Made by a program: the position numbers and the translations under genes. This document shows positions 12,415 to 25,168 of a DNA stretch of 64,000 nt, piece by piece. The notes under the pieces are model-generated. The model did not search any database, was not told where the DNA came from, and was given only the letters and a program-made list of their open reading frames with translations. The stretch is from Octopus sinensis (Eukaryota). The stretch lies in assembly GCF_006345805.1 (NCBI RefSeq), contig NC_043007.1, positions 13,702,001-13,766,000 on the forward strand. The letters are read 5' to 3'. The stretch's first letter is position 1; the number at the start of each line of letters is the position of its first letter.

Positions 12415-13385
12415 AAGGCGGCGAGCTGGCAGAAACGTTAGCACGCTTGGCGAAATGCGTAGCGGTATTTCGTCTGCCGCTACGTTCTGTGTTCAAATTC
12501 CGCCGAGGTCGACTTTGCCTTTCATCATTTGGGGGTCGATTAAATAAGTACTAGTTACGTACTGGGGTTGATATAATCGACTTAATCCGTTTGTCTGTCC
12601 TTGTTTGTGCTCTCTGTGTTTAGCCCATTGTGGGCAATAAAGAAATAAGAAACGTTAGCACGCCGGGCGAAATTTTTAGCGGTATTGGGTCTGCCGCTAA
12701 GTTCTGAGTTCAAATTCCGCTGAGGTCGACTTTACCTTTCATCCTTTCGGGGTCGATTAAATAACTACCAGTTACGCACTGGGGTCGATATTATCGACTT
12801 AATCCGTTTGTCTGTCCTTGTTTGTCCTCTCTGTGTTTAGTCCCTTGTGGGTAGTAAAGAAATAGGTATTTCGTCTGTCTTTATGTTCTGAGTTCAAATT
12901 CCGCTGAGGTCGACTTTGTCTTTCATCCTTTCGGGGTCGATTAAATAAGCACCCGTTTCGCACTGGGGTCGATATAATAGACTTAATCCGTTTGTCTGTC
13001 CTTATTTGTCCTCTCTGTGTTTAGCCCCTTGTGGGTAGTAAAGAAATAGGTATTTCATCTGCCACTACGATCTGAGTTCAAAATCCGCCGAGGTCGACTT
13101 TGTCTTTCATCCTTTCGCACTGGGGTCGATATAATAGACTTAATCCGTTTGTCTGTCCTAGTTTGTCCTCTCTGTGTTTAGCCCCTTGTGGGTAGTAAAG
13201 AAATAGGTATTTCGTTTGCCGTTACCTGAAATTGCGTCATTATATTGATAGTTAAATTCCGCCGAGGTTGACGTTGCCTTTCATCCTTTCGGTGTCGATA
13301 AATTAAGTACCAGTTGCGTATTGGGGTCGAACTAATCGACTGGCCCTCTCCCCCAAAATATCGGGCCTTGTACTGAAATAGAAAA
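12415..13385 (+). mobile_element. SINE family A tandem array (5 units; the last is older and has an alternative tail)
   Basis: Head aaggcggcgagctggcagaaacgttagc, B-box gttcaaattcc, repeated body gaggtcgactttgcctttcatcctttcggggtcgat. Confidence 0.92.
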
Positions 13386-14858
13386 AAAATTAAAAAGATA
13401 TGCGTTATTTTTTATATCCGGCGGTTGTTGTTTGGGTTACGCAGAAATATGAACAATGGTGTTCACTGCCTTTCAGTAATTTAAATTATTTATGTTTAAC
13501 ATATAGTTTGATATCTGCAAACGAAATCTATGCGGTGACAGATTTCATGTAACTTTGGGTCATGTGGGAGCAAACATTAAGAAGCGTGTTTAGTGAAGAA
13601 CTTAGAAGAGATATTTTTAAAACAGTGATGATAGGAGGCGAAGTCTTGCGCTTGAGCGGAGTTGATACTTGGCCTTTAATTTCATAAGGGTTAAGTTTAC
13701 GGATGTAAGGAAGACAAAAAGAGAAGAAAATTCTATCTCTTATACCAGTGTGATTGTAAATTGTCTTTCATCCATCAGCTGCATTGTTTGGGTTTTTTTC
13801 ACCATGTGGTGAACGAGGTTTTTAAATCTAGAAAGAGGTCAGTCAAACATATGGTATCTACAATGAAATATGGGTCAGTCAAGATCTTTTGTAGTGTGTC
13901 TTTAACTAATAATTTGTAAAATATTAATTTTTTTTACGCTGAAATATATTAAAGACAGTTTTAGAAGTGTTACATTTGCTATATTACCAATGAAGAAAAA
14001 CGGAAAACCGTTTGTGAGTACCAGCATTGGCATGTTAAATGATGCGTGAATTTATTACCTTAAAAAGGAAAAGATATTTCGGCTGCATGACCGTTAATGA
14101 AATGTCACTCACTATATTTTCCCTGTGTGTGAGTGTATGTGTGCCCTCGCGCCTGTGCATGTATAGGTGTGTGTGAGAGCGAGAGAGAGAAAGAGTGAAA
14201 GAGAGAGACCGAGAGGAGGGAAAGAGAGGGGAAAGAGAAAGCGGAGTTCTCTAATATTCAAACTCATTTATTAGTACACACGTCAGATGGAGATGGAATG
14301 TACAATACACGGAGTATTGAAAACGTGTCTATGTTTAAGAGTAACGGAATAAATTACAAACCATAGACGTAATTTGATGTAGTTTTTCAGTGTTGCTGGT
14401 GATATTGTTTTGTACAAAATCGGTTCTGATTAAGTACAGCATTAAACGAGATAATTAACACTCCAACCTGACCATAACTATTATTATAAGACACACCGTA
14501 TTGAGGACTACAACCTTCCATGGCCTGTTTAAGAAAAGTAAAGTTCTAGGGGTATTATCTACGAAACAGCTGGATACATATTCTTACAACTCGAGCGACG
14601 GTAGACGGAGGCCTCCAAGAAAAAGTACACAAACAAGTTGAAAGCTATATTCTAATCATAGTTGCGTGCATGGCCAACAATATTCAGCCGTTTCTCAATG
14701 CTCAGTATGCTCCAATGGAAGGCAAACTAATTAAATTAACGCACAAGAATTTTAGTTCCTGAACAAAATTCCAATAATTACTCTACTTGTAAAAGAATTT
14801 CATTGCAGGTGGATGTCTACTTCATATTTCATTCATCACTGGTTACAGACTTCAGTCT

Positions 14859-14869
<11 letters not shown>

Positions 14870-14916
<47 letters not shown>

Positions 14917-15025
14917 GATTAGGTGTTGTTTGTTGTTGTTGTTTGGTGTGGTTGTTGTAGTTATTAATATTATTATTATTATTATTAATGTTGTTGTTGT
15001 TGTTGTTGTTGTTGTGGTTGTTGTA

Positions 15026-15063
<38 letters not shown>

Positions 15064-15085
15064 CATTATTATTGCAATCGTTGTT
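14870..15085. repeat. (ATT)n/(GTT)n compound microsatellite
   Basis: Direct inspection. Confidence 0.95.
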
Positions 15086-15349
15086 ATTGTTTTTGTATAA
15101 ATTTTTTTACTACAAGATTTTTGTTCCGAAATTTTGTTTTTTAAAAAAAAAGCAATAGAAATCTATAAACATCTACATGCATGCATACACACCATACACA
15201 CACACACATACGTATATATATATATATATATATATATACGTTTATGCACATGCACAAGTGCGTATACATACATGCATATATATATATATATATATATATA
15301 ATGTACAAGCACACATACATATATACTTATATATATTATATATATATAC

Positions 15350-15381
<32 letters not shown>

Positions 15382-15439
15382 TATATATTCATATATATAT
15401 GTAATATATATATTCATATATATGTATATATATATATTC

Positions 15440-15507
<68 letters not shown>

Positions 15508-16183
15508 TGTGTGTGTGTTTGTGTGTGTGATATATGTATATATGTTTTATATGTATGCAAGTATGCAAGTGTGTATGTATGCATGTATGAAAGGAGAATA
15601 ATAATAATATAGAAAAGAGATTTCAAAAAAATGATAAAGAATTACCTCAGGTTCATCTCATTAATAAGAACACTCAATATTCCTTTCGGGCAATACAGTG
15701 CAATTTTCAAACTAATTATTTTTAAGAGCATATGGCTGAAATCAGCTTCAGCGTAATATGTGAAGTTTTTCTGACCTTTTCATGAAGTACTTTATGTTGC
15801 ACGCTTCTTTCTCATGCGCAGTAAGGATGGTTAAAGCGACACAAGTTCAGAGAGTTTCGTATCAGCTCCATACAACTTATTATTTCAAACATAATGATTT
15901 TGTGTTGTAATTTTGCTTCTTGATTCTTGTTTTTCTTTCTTTCTAGCAACAAAAACATATTTTGTTTTGTACTTCTTTATTGCTTTTACTTGCTACGATC
16001 ATTAGAACGTGGCCCTAGTGAAACCCCATCCACAATGTCATAGCGGGAGAAATCAATTCCGATACATAGCTTTTTTTTTATGCCGTGTATTGATTCCGCC
16101 CATCTCTTTTGCTGAACGAGCAATTATGATGATGATGATACACACACACACACACAAACACACATACACACACACACACACAT

Positions 16184-16227
<44 letters not shown>

Positions 16228-16542
16228 ATATTATATATATATATCCAATGATACACTACACGCCCATTTGGTTATGAAATTTGACATATGCACTTTCTCA
16301 GGGAGATATGATATACCTATTATTATGGATAATACAACATGTACTTTTCATTTTTTTCATAGTGTGATGTAACCCTTTGGAATAACAGTGCATGCGGCGG
16401 CTGAAGAGAGCTTTAAACTATCTTTTATATCTATTATACACTGATGTAACAAAAGGTCGTTTATAAAGCTTTAAACACGTGTACCGCGACATCCTTTGTG
16501 TTCTGTTTGATTTTATTTGATATATGTATGTATGTATATATG

Positions 16543-16598
<56 letters not shown>

Positions 16599-16629
16599 AT
16601 ATATATAATAATATATATATATACACATA

Positions 16630-16870
16630 CGCATGTCTCCCCTTCCTCCTAGGTCTCCTGTCTAACTAAGTTTGTCCTGCCAACCGCCATGATTGACCGC
16701 TAGATCCAAAAGTTTCTTCTCTCTATTTCCTTATGTTCCTTTCTGTTGAATAGCGTAGGCTCGAAACGTAACAGACTTCCTCACCTTCCCGAGCGTTAAA
16801 CTAATACACCTGTTTATGGTTTATGCACCCGTCTTCGTCTTTTGCTTTGCTTTAAATTTCAACTATATAT
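16630..16870 (+). mobile_element. Penelope-like terminal repeat remnant with a degenerate hammerhead motif
   Basis: ctgttgaatagcgtaggctcgaaacgta has the (C)TGANGA...CGAAACGT signature typical of PLE pseudo-LTRs; family assignment is inference. Confidence 0.5.
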
Positions 16871-17527
16871 AAGCCAAGGGGCAAGGCAGCCAGGGATAGA
16901 GGCAAACCTAACTGTCCATATGCCAAAAAGGATGGAAACAAGCAGCGCACACGGGTATGTAGGTTCTACCTGAAAGGTGCCTGCCGGCATGGAGAGAAGG
17001 TGCAGGCTGCCGCTTTGCACATCCGGGACCCTGCCACAGAAACCACCACCCCGAAAGGAAATGGGATGGACCACGCATCACCGGCCCCAAAACGGAGGTA
17101 CGCAGATGTGGTGCGTACCACAAACCACCAACGTGTTGTTGAAAGGGCAGCTGCTGAGCAGGAATCTTTTTTGTGCATGGCACAAAAGATTGTACAGCAA
17201 CTAACCTGGCTCCATCAGGCTCAGGCTCGCAGATGGAACTGCCCACGGTTCACAAGACCGCCACAGCAGATGGACCCAGGGTGGACACCACCGGCAACAG
17301 CATACACCTCACCTCGATGCTCCTACTGACACATCAGAGGACTACTAACACACAGTAACAGGACAAAAGTCCCGTTCCTGAGAGACTTTGTCGCATGCAA
17401 TCAAGCCTTATGCATAGCACTCACAGAAACGCATCTGAAACCGGACATAGCAGATGCGGAATTACACATAACACAGTATGTTGTACTACGGACCGACAGG
17501 AAAGAAAGAAGTCATGGAGGAGTTGCT

Positions 17528-18151
17528 ATGTACATCCGTGGGGACCTCACACCCCAGGTCCTTTTGTCATACTCAAACTCGGTGTGTGACACACTAATTG
17601 TATACATAAGGCAACTTGATGTAGTTGTGTGTGCTACATATCGCCCTCCAGATGCCCCAAGTCATATGAGCAAGTTTGAGGACTGCCTTTTAAAAATAGA
17701 AGAAGTTCTAACCACATTAGAACAACACATAAGTGTACTTCTCATGGGAGACTTCAATCTACCGAATGTCAGATGGCCCGAGGGCCTTTCTCTCCCAGGA
17801 ATGACAAGATGTGAACGAGGACAGGCGAGGTCTCTCCTGAATCTCACCAACACCCTGTACATGGAGCAAGTAATACTCCAACCAACCAGAGCGGGTAACA
17901 CACTGGATCTCTGCTTCACAAATAATATGGATCTCATCCATAATGTGAAAGTGACACCGACACTACTCTCGGATCACAACATGGTAGAGCTGACCATGTA
18001 CGGGCCAAAAGAGAGCACGGACATGCAGCCTACAAGAAACCCTCAGAATCTTTCCAGCTTGAACTTCAATAAGGCAAACTGGAAAAAAATTGAGAAAGAG
18101 ATCCTCAAACAAAACTGGCCTGAATGTTCTCCTCGCCGGACATCGACATGA
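17528..18151 (+). pseudogene. APE endonuclease domain of LINE ORF2 (fragment)
   Basis: Track ORF contains TYRPPD, LMGDFNLPNVRW, QPTRAGNTLDLCFTN, LSDHNMV. Confidence 0.92.
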
Positions 18152-19286
18152 TACTTCAACAATTCATGTCTGTAATGCAAGCCATATGCTACAAATGTGT
18201 CCCAGAGAGAAAGGCCACTGTACACAAGAACAAAATCCCCAGAGAGAGAAAATTAATGATTTAATGAGACGGCAAAACCAACGAAAACACAAATCTCAAA
18301 TCGCCTAACAAACAAATTGAAAGCAGTGAAAAGTCCCGCCTGAAAATAAAACTGTTGGAAATTGAAAATTGTCTGCAACTCTCCCATGAGAAGGAAAGAG
18401 CAGACAAAGAAGCCTGGGCTATAGACAACATAAAACTAACCCCAGAGCTTTCTACAGGTATGCCAATAAACAGCTACGGTGCACTGTAGGATAGGGCCAG
18501 CGGAAGGGCCACTCCTTGAAAAGGACACCACACTCACAGGAAAACCAATGAGGGTAAGTGAAATACTGAATGAACAATTCAAGAGTGTTTTCACTCCACC
18601 CCTTGGGCATTTCCAAATCAGCAATCCAACTGACTTTTTACCACTGCAGATATAGAATCAAAGGCGGCGACGTTAAATTACATCGATATAAAGGAAGACG
18701 ATGTAATAAAGGCTATAGATGAAATGAAAATAGACTCAGCTATTGGCCCCGATGGATTCCCGGCAATCCTCCTAAAAGTATGTAAGAGAGTCTTAGCAGA
18801 CCACTGCAGTTCCTCTTTCAGAGCTTCCTTGCAGCTGGCAAACTTCCAAGAAAACTGAAGAAGGTAAAATATGCCCTATTCATAAAGGAGGTAGCAGAGC
18901 GGAGGCCAAGAACTACAGACCTATCTCTCTGACCTCACACATCAGCAAGGTCATGGAACGAATAGTCAGAAGGAAACTAATCACCTTCCTTGAAGAAAAT
19001 GACTTGCTGCCTGACACACACATGGTTTCCGACCAGGAAGAAGCTGCTTAACTCAGCTCCTGCAGCACTATGACTGGGTGCTGAAACAACTGCTCACCAC
19101 TCAAATGTGGAAGTCATATATCTCTCGACTTCGCAAAGGCCTTCGATAAAGTCGATCATGGAATGATATGTCACAAACTGCGTGATCTTGGCATAGTTGG
19201 AAAACTAGGAGAATGGCTTCACGACTTTCTGAAGAATAGAAGTCAGGGGTAGTAGCCAATGGGCCACTTCCATTAGCACGCAAATA

Positions 19287-20240
19287 GTGAGCGGTGTTCC
19301 ACAGGGCACTGTTTTGGGACCACTACTGTTCATAATGGCCCTCTCAGACATGCCCTCAGCCACGCGGAGAGCCACGATCACAAGTTATGCAGATGATACA
19401 AAAGTTTCACAGGCAATACAGAACCCTGAAGACACTAGGCACCTGCAATATGAGCTGGACGAAATATACAAGTGGGCTGAAAAGAATAGCATGCAGTTCA
19501 ATGCTGAAAAGTTTCAAGCTTTATACTATCAGCATGCAAAACTGAATGCAATACCCAAGGAATACACTGGACCCGGAGGGATTGCAATCCCAGAGGCACA
19601 ATCAGTGCGTGACCTGGGTATTCACATGAGTGATGACGCGACCTTTCATGTACATGTTGCTAAACTGACAATGAAATGCAGACGGCTGGCTGGATGGATT
19701 CTTAGAACCTTTAGAACAAGAGAACAAGAAACCATGTTGGTCCTCTGGAAGACACTTGTCCTAAGTCACTTTGACTATTGCTCTCAGCTATGGTCACCAT
19801 CCAGTGTCAAGTTGATCACAGAACTTGAGGCGATCCAACGAAGCTACACGAAGAAGATAGCCTCTATGCAGAATGTAAGCTACTGGGAAAGACTCAAGAG
19901 ATTAAAATTATATTCCCTGGAGCGTAGGCGGGAAAGATATGCCATAATATACATCTGGAAGATCCTGGAGGGAAGTGTCCTGAACTTTGGCATCGAGAGT
20001 TACGCAAACGCCAGAACTGGGCGCCACTGCGTGGTGCCTAGGACTCCAAACTTGCCATCAAGATGTAGGACAAGATTCTGTGATAGCCTGGGCTTCCGAG
20101 GCCCACAGCTCTTCAATATCCTCCCGATGAACCTGAGAGACCTGCATGGGGTGGATACAGATGTCTTTAAAATGGAGCTGGATCTCTCTCTCCTGTCAGG
20201 TGTCCCAGATGAACCACTTCACGGCAGGAGGGGCAGATGA
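19287..20240 (+). pseudogene. Reverse transcriptase C-terminal part of LINE ORF2 (fragment)
   Basis: SGVPQGTVLGPLLF, SYADDTK, RDLG, DYCSQLWSP, LERRRERY. Confidence 0.95.
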
Positions 20241-20367
20241 GGGCAGCTGCATCGAACTCTCTCATGCACCAAATAGCAGTTGCTAGAAGGCCTCCATGAA
20301 GTGAAACCAAGGAGCAACACCAAATGGCGGTGCCCCAGCATGGCCACAGCTCATAAGCTGAAACTGG

Positions 20368-20399
<32 letters not shown>

Positions 20400-20974
20400 T
20401 ATATATATTTATTTATATATAGCCAGACGTATACACACAGACACGTATACCATATGTTGCAACTCTAATCGTTTCCGCGTGTGACCACATCAGAGACGCA
20501 AAGTGTACCACTTAATGCACAATAGTGATAGATTATAAAAACATCTAGGAAATGGTGACTACTGCAACGTATGTCCTACACCTTCTGCTCGTCCTCATAG
20601 GTGAGGATCTACAAATGCCACAATCACTCATCATTGAAGACGTGCGTGAACCGCAAGCAGACCAACATCCTGAATCCAGTGAGGACTCCTTCTTTGTAAA
20701 AAAATATAACCACAGACAACAACACCCACTGGATCCTAGAGACAAAAGTCTTACCTTGCAGCAGCTTCTAATTTTGCAGGCTAAACACTGCCGGCTATCG
20801 TCTTCAGTGCGCAACACAATGACGCATGCGTACACTAACAACAGATACTCATGAGAAGTAGGTTAGCAAGCTACTTACCACAAAGCCTCTCCTGCGCCTA
20901 TTTATGTTTCCCAAAAGTGGCTGGTCTGGTACATACAAATTACTTGCATACATTACGGTTTATTTGTAGAGAGT

Positions 20975-21356
20975 GGAGGCGCAATGGCCCAGTCTAGGGC
21001 AGCGGACTCGCGGTCGTGGGATCGCGGTTTCGATTCCCAGACCGGGCGTTGTGAGTGTTTATTGAGCGAAAACACCTAAAGCTCCACGAGGCTCCGGCAG
21101 GGATGGTAGTGATCCCTGCTGTACTCTTTCACCACAACTTTCTCTCACTCTTACTTCCTGTTTCTGTTGTACCTGTATTTCAAACGGCCGGCCTTGTCAC
21201 TCTCTGTGTCACGCTGAATATCCCCGAGAACTGCGTTAAGGGTACACGTGTCTGTGGAGTGCTCAGCCACTTACACGTTAATTTCACGAGCAGGCTGTTC
21301 CATTGATTGGATCAACCGGAACCCTCGTCGTCGTAACCGACGGAGTGCTTCCATCC
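20975..21356 (+). mobile_element. Full-length tRNA-headed SINE, family D, with a 13-bp TSD
   Basis: Head ggaggcgcaatggcccagt...ggtttcgattccc; atttgtagagagt at 20962-20974 and 21357-21369. Confidence 0.93.
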
Positions 21357-21788
21357 ATTTGTAGAGAGTTCGAAACTTTCGCAAGTAAAATCCAAAATGT
21401 ACACAGATATATTGGCGAATAATGACAAGCAACATTTTCGAAACACACACTTGCAAGCCCAGATATAGATTCACACACGTGCACAAACAAACATACACGT
21501 CCAAGAGCATATATACATACGCATATATAAATCTACAGAAACAGCCATTGAGATAGAAAACCTAGCCAAATTTTGAATATGCAAACGAAAAAAGCATGCG
21601 AAAATTAATTCTTACAAAGGTATTTCCTTGTATGGTACAGACTGCAAGCCGTGATAAAATACTGATGTTATGCACACATAATCAACACATACACACACAC
21701 AAATACACACGTGAACAGACTTACGTTGACACACACTAAACTCATACACACTTCTATGTTTATATTATATACGTATACCTATATGCAT

Positions 21789-21832
<44 letters not shown>

Positions 21833-21834
21833 TG

Positions 21835-21888
<54 letters not shown>

Positions 21889-22019
21889 CACTTATCTCTA
21901 TACACATATACATATATATGTATGTACATATATATATATATATATATTATATATAATATATATACATACATATATATATATATATATATAACATTATATA
22001 TACATATATATGTATATTA

Positions 22020-22068
<49 letters not shown>

Positions 22069-22072
22069 TATG

Positions 22073-22108
<36 letters not shown>

Positions 22109-22571
22109 TAGATATATATATATATTATATATATATATAATATATGTACATACATATATATGTATATGTGTATAGATAGATAGATGATAAATTTCTCATA
22201 CTCAACAGGGACCTCTCTTATTCATCATAAACAGAGAAATCCTCACCATAATTTTCTATATTACTTTCAACAACATTCCTCCCATCACTGGTTTTTTTCC
22301 CGCGTTTTCAGGAATATTTTCACTACTTTCTATGTTTCCTACCTATTTCTTGGTAAAGAAGAGAAAGGGAATTTAGACAAGCATTATGCATCTCTTATGT
22401 ACATAATACTTGTCTAAAAAGGATCCTGACATTGTATTCAAATTCTCTTTGTAATCATTACAGGGTATTGAAACAAAAAAAAAGAGAAAACAAGTTATAT
22501 AAATAACGTAAATGGCAATAAAAACAACCAAAGACATTCATGCCAGAAACAGCATGAATAATAATAATAAT

Positions 22572-22604
<33 letters not shown>

Positions 22605-22784
22605 TAATAATAATAATAATATAATAATAATAATTATAATATAATGATAATAATAATGATAATAATTGATAATAATAATAATAATAATAATAATCTAATA
22701 AATAATAATAATAATATAATATACTAATAATAATAGGAAGAAGAAGAAGAGGCGAAGGCGAAAACGAAGAAGAAGAAAAAGAAG

Positions 22785-23040
22785 TATGAGACTTCCTGGG
22801 AAATTCCAAATTTATCGGCCTTCCTGGAAATATCCTATTTCCTAGAAAAGTCCAAGGATGTCGGATTTTCTTGAAAAGTCCAAGGATACGGGACTTTCTT
22901 GAAAACTCCAAGTATATGAGACTTGGATTGGGACTTCCTCGAAAAATTCGAGGATATGGGACTTTTACATCCTGGAAAAGTCTGACGATGTCGTCGTTGA
23001 GGGGGATGGAGTGGGACTGCCTGCAAATTTCCGAGGATGT
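22785..23040. repeat. Degenerate 27-28-bp palindromic minisatellite (ggacttyctngaaaagtccaaggat)
   Basis: About 8 related units, each with an internal GGACTT...AAGTCC dyad. Confidence 0.8.
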
Positions 23041-23093
23041 TGGGGGGACAAGCACAGACACACAAACATATACAGACACATACATATATATAT

Positions 23094-23365
23094 AGGAGTG
23101 GCTGTGTGGTAAGTAGCTTGCTAACCAACGACATGGTTTCGGGTTCAGTCCCACTGTGTGGCCCCTTGGGCAAGTGTCTTCTGCTATAGCCCCCTAGCAT
23201 TGCTTGACAACCGATGCTGGTGTGTTTACGTCACCGTCACCTAGCGGTTCGGCAAAAGAGACCGATAGAATAAGCACTGGGCTTACAAAGAATAAGTCCC
23301 GGGTCCGATTTGCTCGACTAAAGGCGTTGCTCCAGCATGACAGCAGTCAAATGATTGAAACAAGT
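23094..23365 (+). mobile_element. SINE family B with an internal deletion
   Basis: Head ggagtggctgtgtggtaagtagc...ggttcagtccc, CORE-like cttgggcaagtgtc, joined directly to the 3' half ending ctccagcatg...tgaaacaagtaaaa. Confidence 0.85.
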
Positions 23366-23380
23366 AAAAAAATATATATA

Positions 23381-23463
<83 letters not shown>

Positions 23464-23474
23464 AGTATATACAT

Positions 23475-23642
23475 ATATACGACGGGCTTCTTTCAGTTTC
23501 CATCTACCAAATCCACTCACAAGTCTATGGTCGGTTCGAAGCTATAGTAGAAGCCACTTGCCAAAGGTGCCATGCAGTGGGACTGAACTCGGAACCATGT
23601 GGTTGTTGAGCAAGCTACTTACCACATACCCATTCCTGCGCC
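23475..23642 (-). mobile_element. SINE family B head/core
   Basis: Reverse complement of the B head and core. Confidence 0.85.
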
Positions 23643-23886
23643 TGTCGATTCTTTCTACATTTCACCTTTAACGATTTCTACGAAAGAAACTGAATATTTT
23701 TCTTGTTTTTCTCTCCCTGTCACTCCGTCAATTACAATCTGTCCTACCCTTTCTTTGCTATGGAACTCCTTCCCAAACGTTACAATCGTGCTTTTGCTGG
23801 TCTTTTTAAAGATGATTAAAATATCGACAGCACAAAATGAAAATCAAAATGTGATCAGATTCCAGTAGCGGTAGATACTGATGGTG

Positions 23887-24940
23887 TGCTGGCAGAATCG
23901 TTACCATGCCGGATGAAATGCTTAGCGGTATTTCGTCTGCTGCTACGTTCTGAAATGCTTAGTGGTATTTCGGCGAGCTGGCAGAATCGTTAGCACGTCG
24001 GGCGAAATGCTTAGCGGTATTTCGTCTGCTGCTACGTTCTGTGTTCAAATTTCGCCGAGATCGACTTTGCCTTTCATCCTTTCGGGGTCGATTAAATAAG
24101 TACCTGTTACGCACTGGGGTCGATGTCATCGACTTAATCCGTTTGTCTGTCCTTGTATGTCCTCTCTGTGTTTAGCCCCTTGTTGGTAGTAAAGAAATAG
24201 GCATTTCGTCTGTTTTTACGCTCTGAGTTCAAATTCCGCCGAGGTCGACTTTGCCTTTCATCCTTTCGGGGTCGATTAAATAAGTACCAGTTACGCACTG
24301 GGGTCGATGTAATCGACTTAATCCGTTTGTCTTTCCTTGTTTGTCCTCTCTGTGTTTGGCCCCTTGTTGGTAGTAAAGAAATAGGTATTTCGTCTGTTTT
24401 TACGTTCTGAGTTCAAATTCCGCCGAGGTCGACTTTGCCTTTCATCCTTTCGGGGTCGATTAAATAAGTACCAGTTACGCACTGGGGTCGATATAATCGA
24501 CGTAATCCATTTGTCTGTCCTTGTTTGTCCTCTCTGTGTTTAGCCCCTTGTTGGTAGTAAAGAAATAGGTATTTCGTCTGTTTTTACGTTCTAAGTTCAA
24601 ATTCCGCCGAGGTCGACTTTGCCTTTCATCCTTTCGGGGTCGATTAAATAAGTACCAGTTACGCACTGGGGTCGATATAATCGACCTAATCCGTTTGTCT
24701 GTCCTTGTTTGTCGTCTCTGTGTTTAGCCCCTTGTGGGTAGGAAAGAAATAGGTATTTCGTCTGTTTTTACGTTCCGAGTTCAAATTCCGCCGAGGTCGA
24801 CTTTGCCTTTCATCCTTTGGGGGTCGATTAAATAAGTACCAGTTACGTACTGGTGTCGATATAATCGACCTAATCCGTTTGTCTGTCCTTGTTTGTCCCT
24901 CTCTGTGTTTAGTCCTTGTGGGTAGTAAAGAAATAGGTAT
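23887..24940 (+). mobile_element. SINE family A tandem array: partial head duplication plus five units at an exact 184-bp period
   Basis: aaagaaatag starts at 24191, 24375, 24559, 24743 and 24927. Confidence 0.95.
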
Positions 24941-25168
24941 ATATCTTGTTCTTCATGTTGATCCCTGTGTTATTGTTGTTGCTGGAGACTGTGATATGAA
25001 TACTGCCACTGCTGCTCGTGAAGTTTCTGTTACTGTTCATATTGTCTTCTTTTTTGGTCTCTGCTTTTTAGTTGATGCGTTTCTTTTCCCCGGCACTTTT
25101 GGTTTTTATTTGCTTACACTTTTTAAAACAGATTCATTCTGAAATGTCGTAATGATCTTGAGGTACTT

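Larger units (their letters stand above)
16880..20397 (+). mobile_element. CR1-type non-LTR retrotransposon, near full length, inactivated by frameshifts
   Basis: ORF1 remnant with a CCCH finger; APE motifs YRPP, GDFNLP, PTR.GNTLDL, SDH; RT motifs GPDG, KNYRPISLTS, QHGFRPGRSC, DFAKAFDKV, GVPQGTVLGPLLF, YADD; 3' UTR ends in (ATCA)n at about 20367-20397. Confidence 0.95.

Noticed and set aside
12415-12510. tRNA gene calls for SINE heads (families A-E)
   Set aside because: A and B boxes are present but there is no complete cloverleaf, and each head continues into a SINE body.
14490-14640. TTTFHG motif resembling the DEG/ENaC N-terminal HG motif
   Set aside because: Six-residue resemblance only; no start or splice context and no following transmembrane helix.
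20552-20854. 100-aa ORF after the LINE
   Set aside because: No recognisable motif; it ends at a SINE B head stub and is probably decayed repeat sequence.
23887-24940. CRISPR-like appearance of regular repeats
   Set aside because: Whole 184-bp units are repeated with no unique spacers, the context is eukaryotic, and no cas genes are present.
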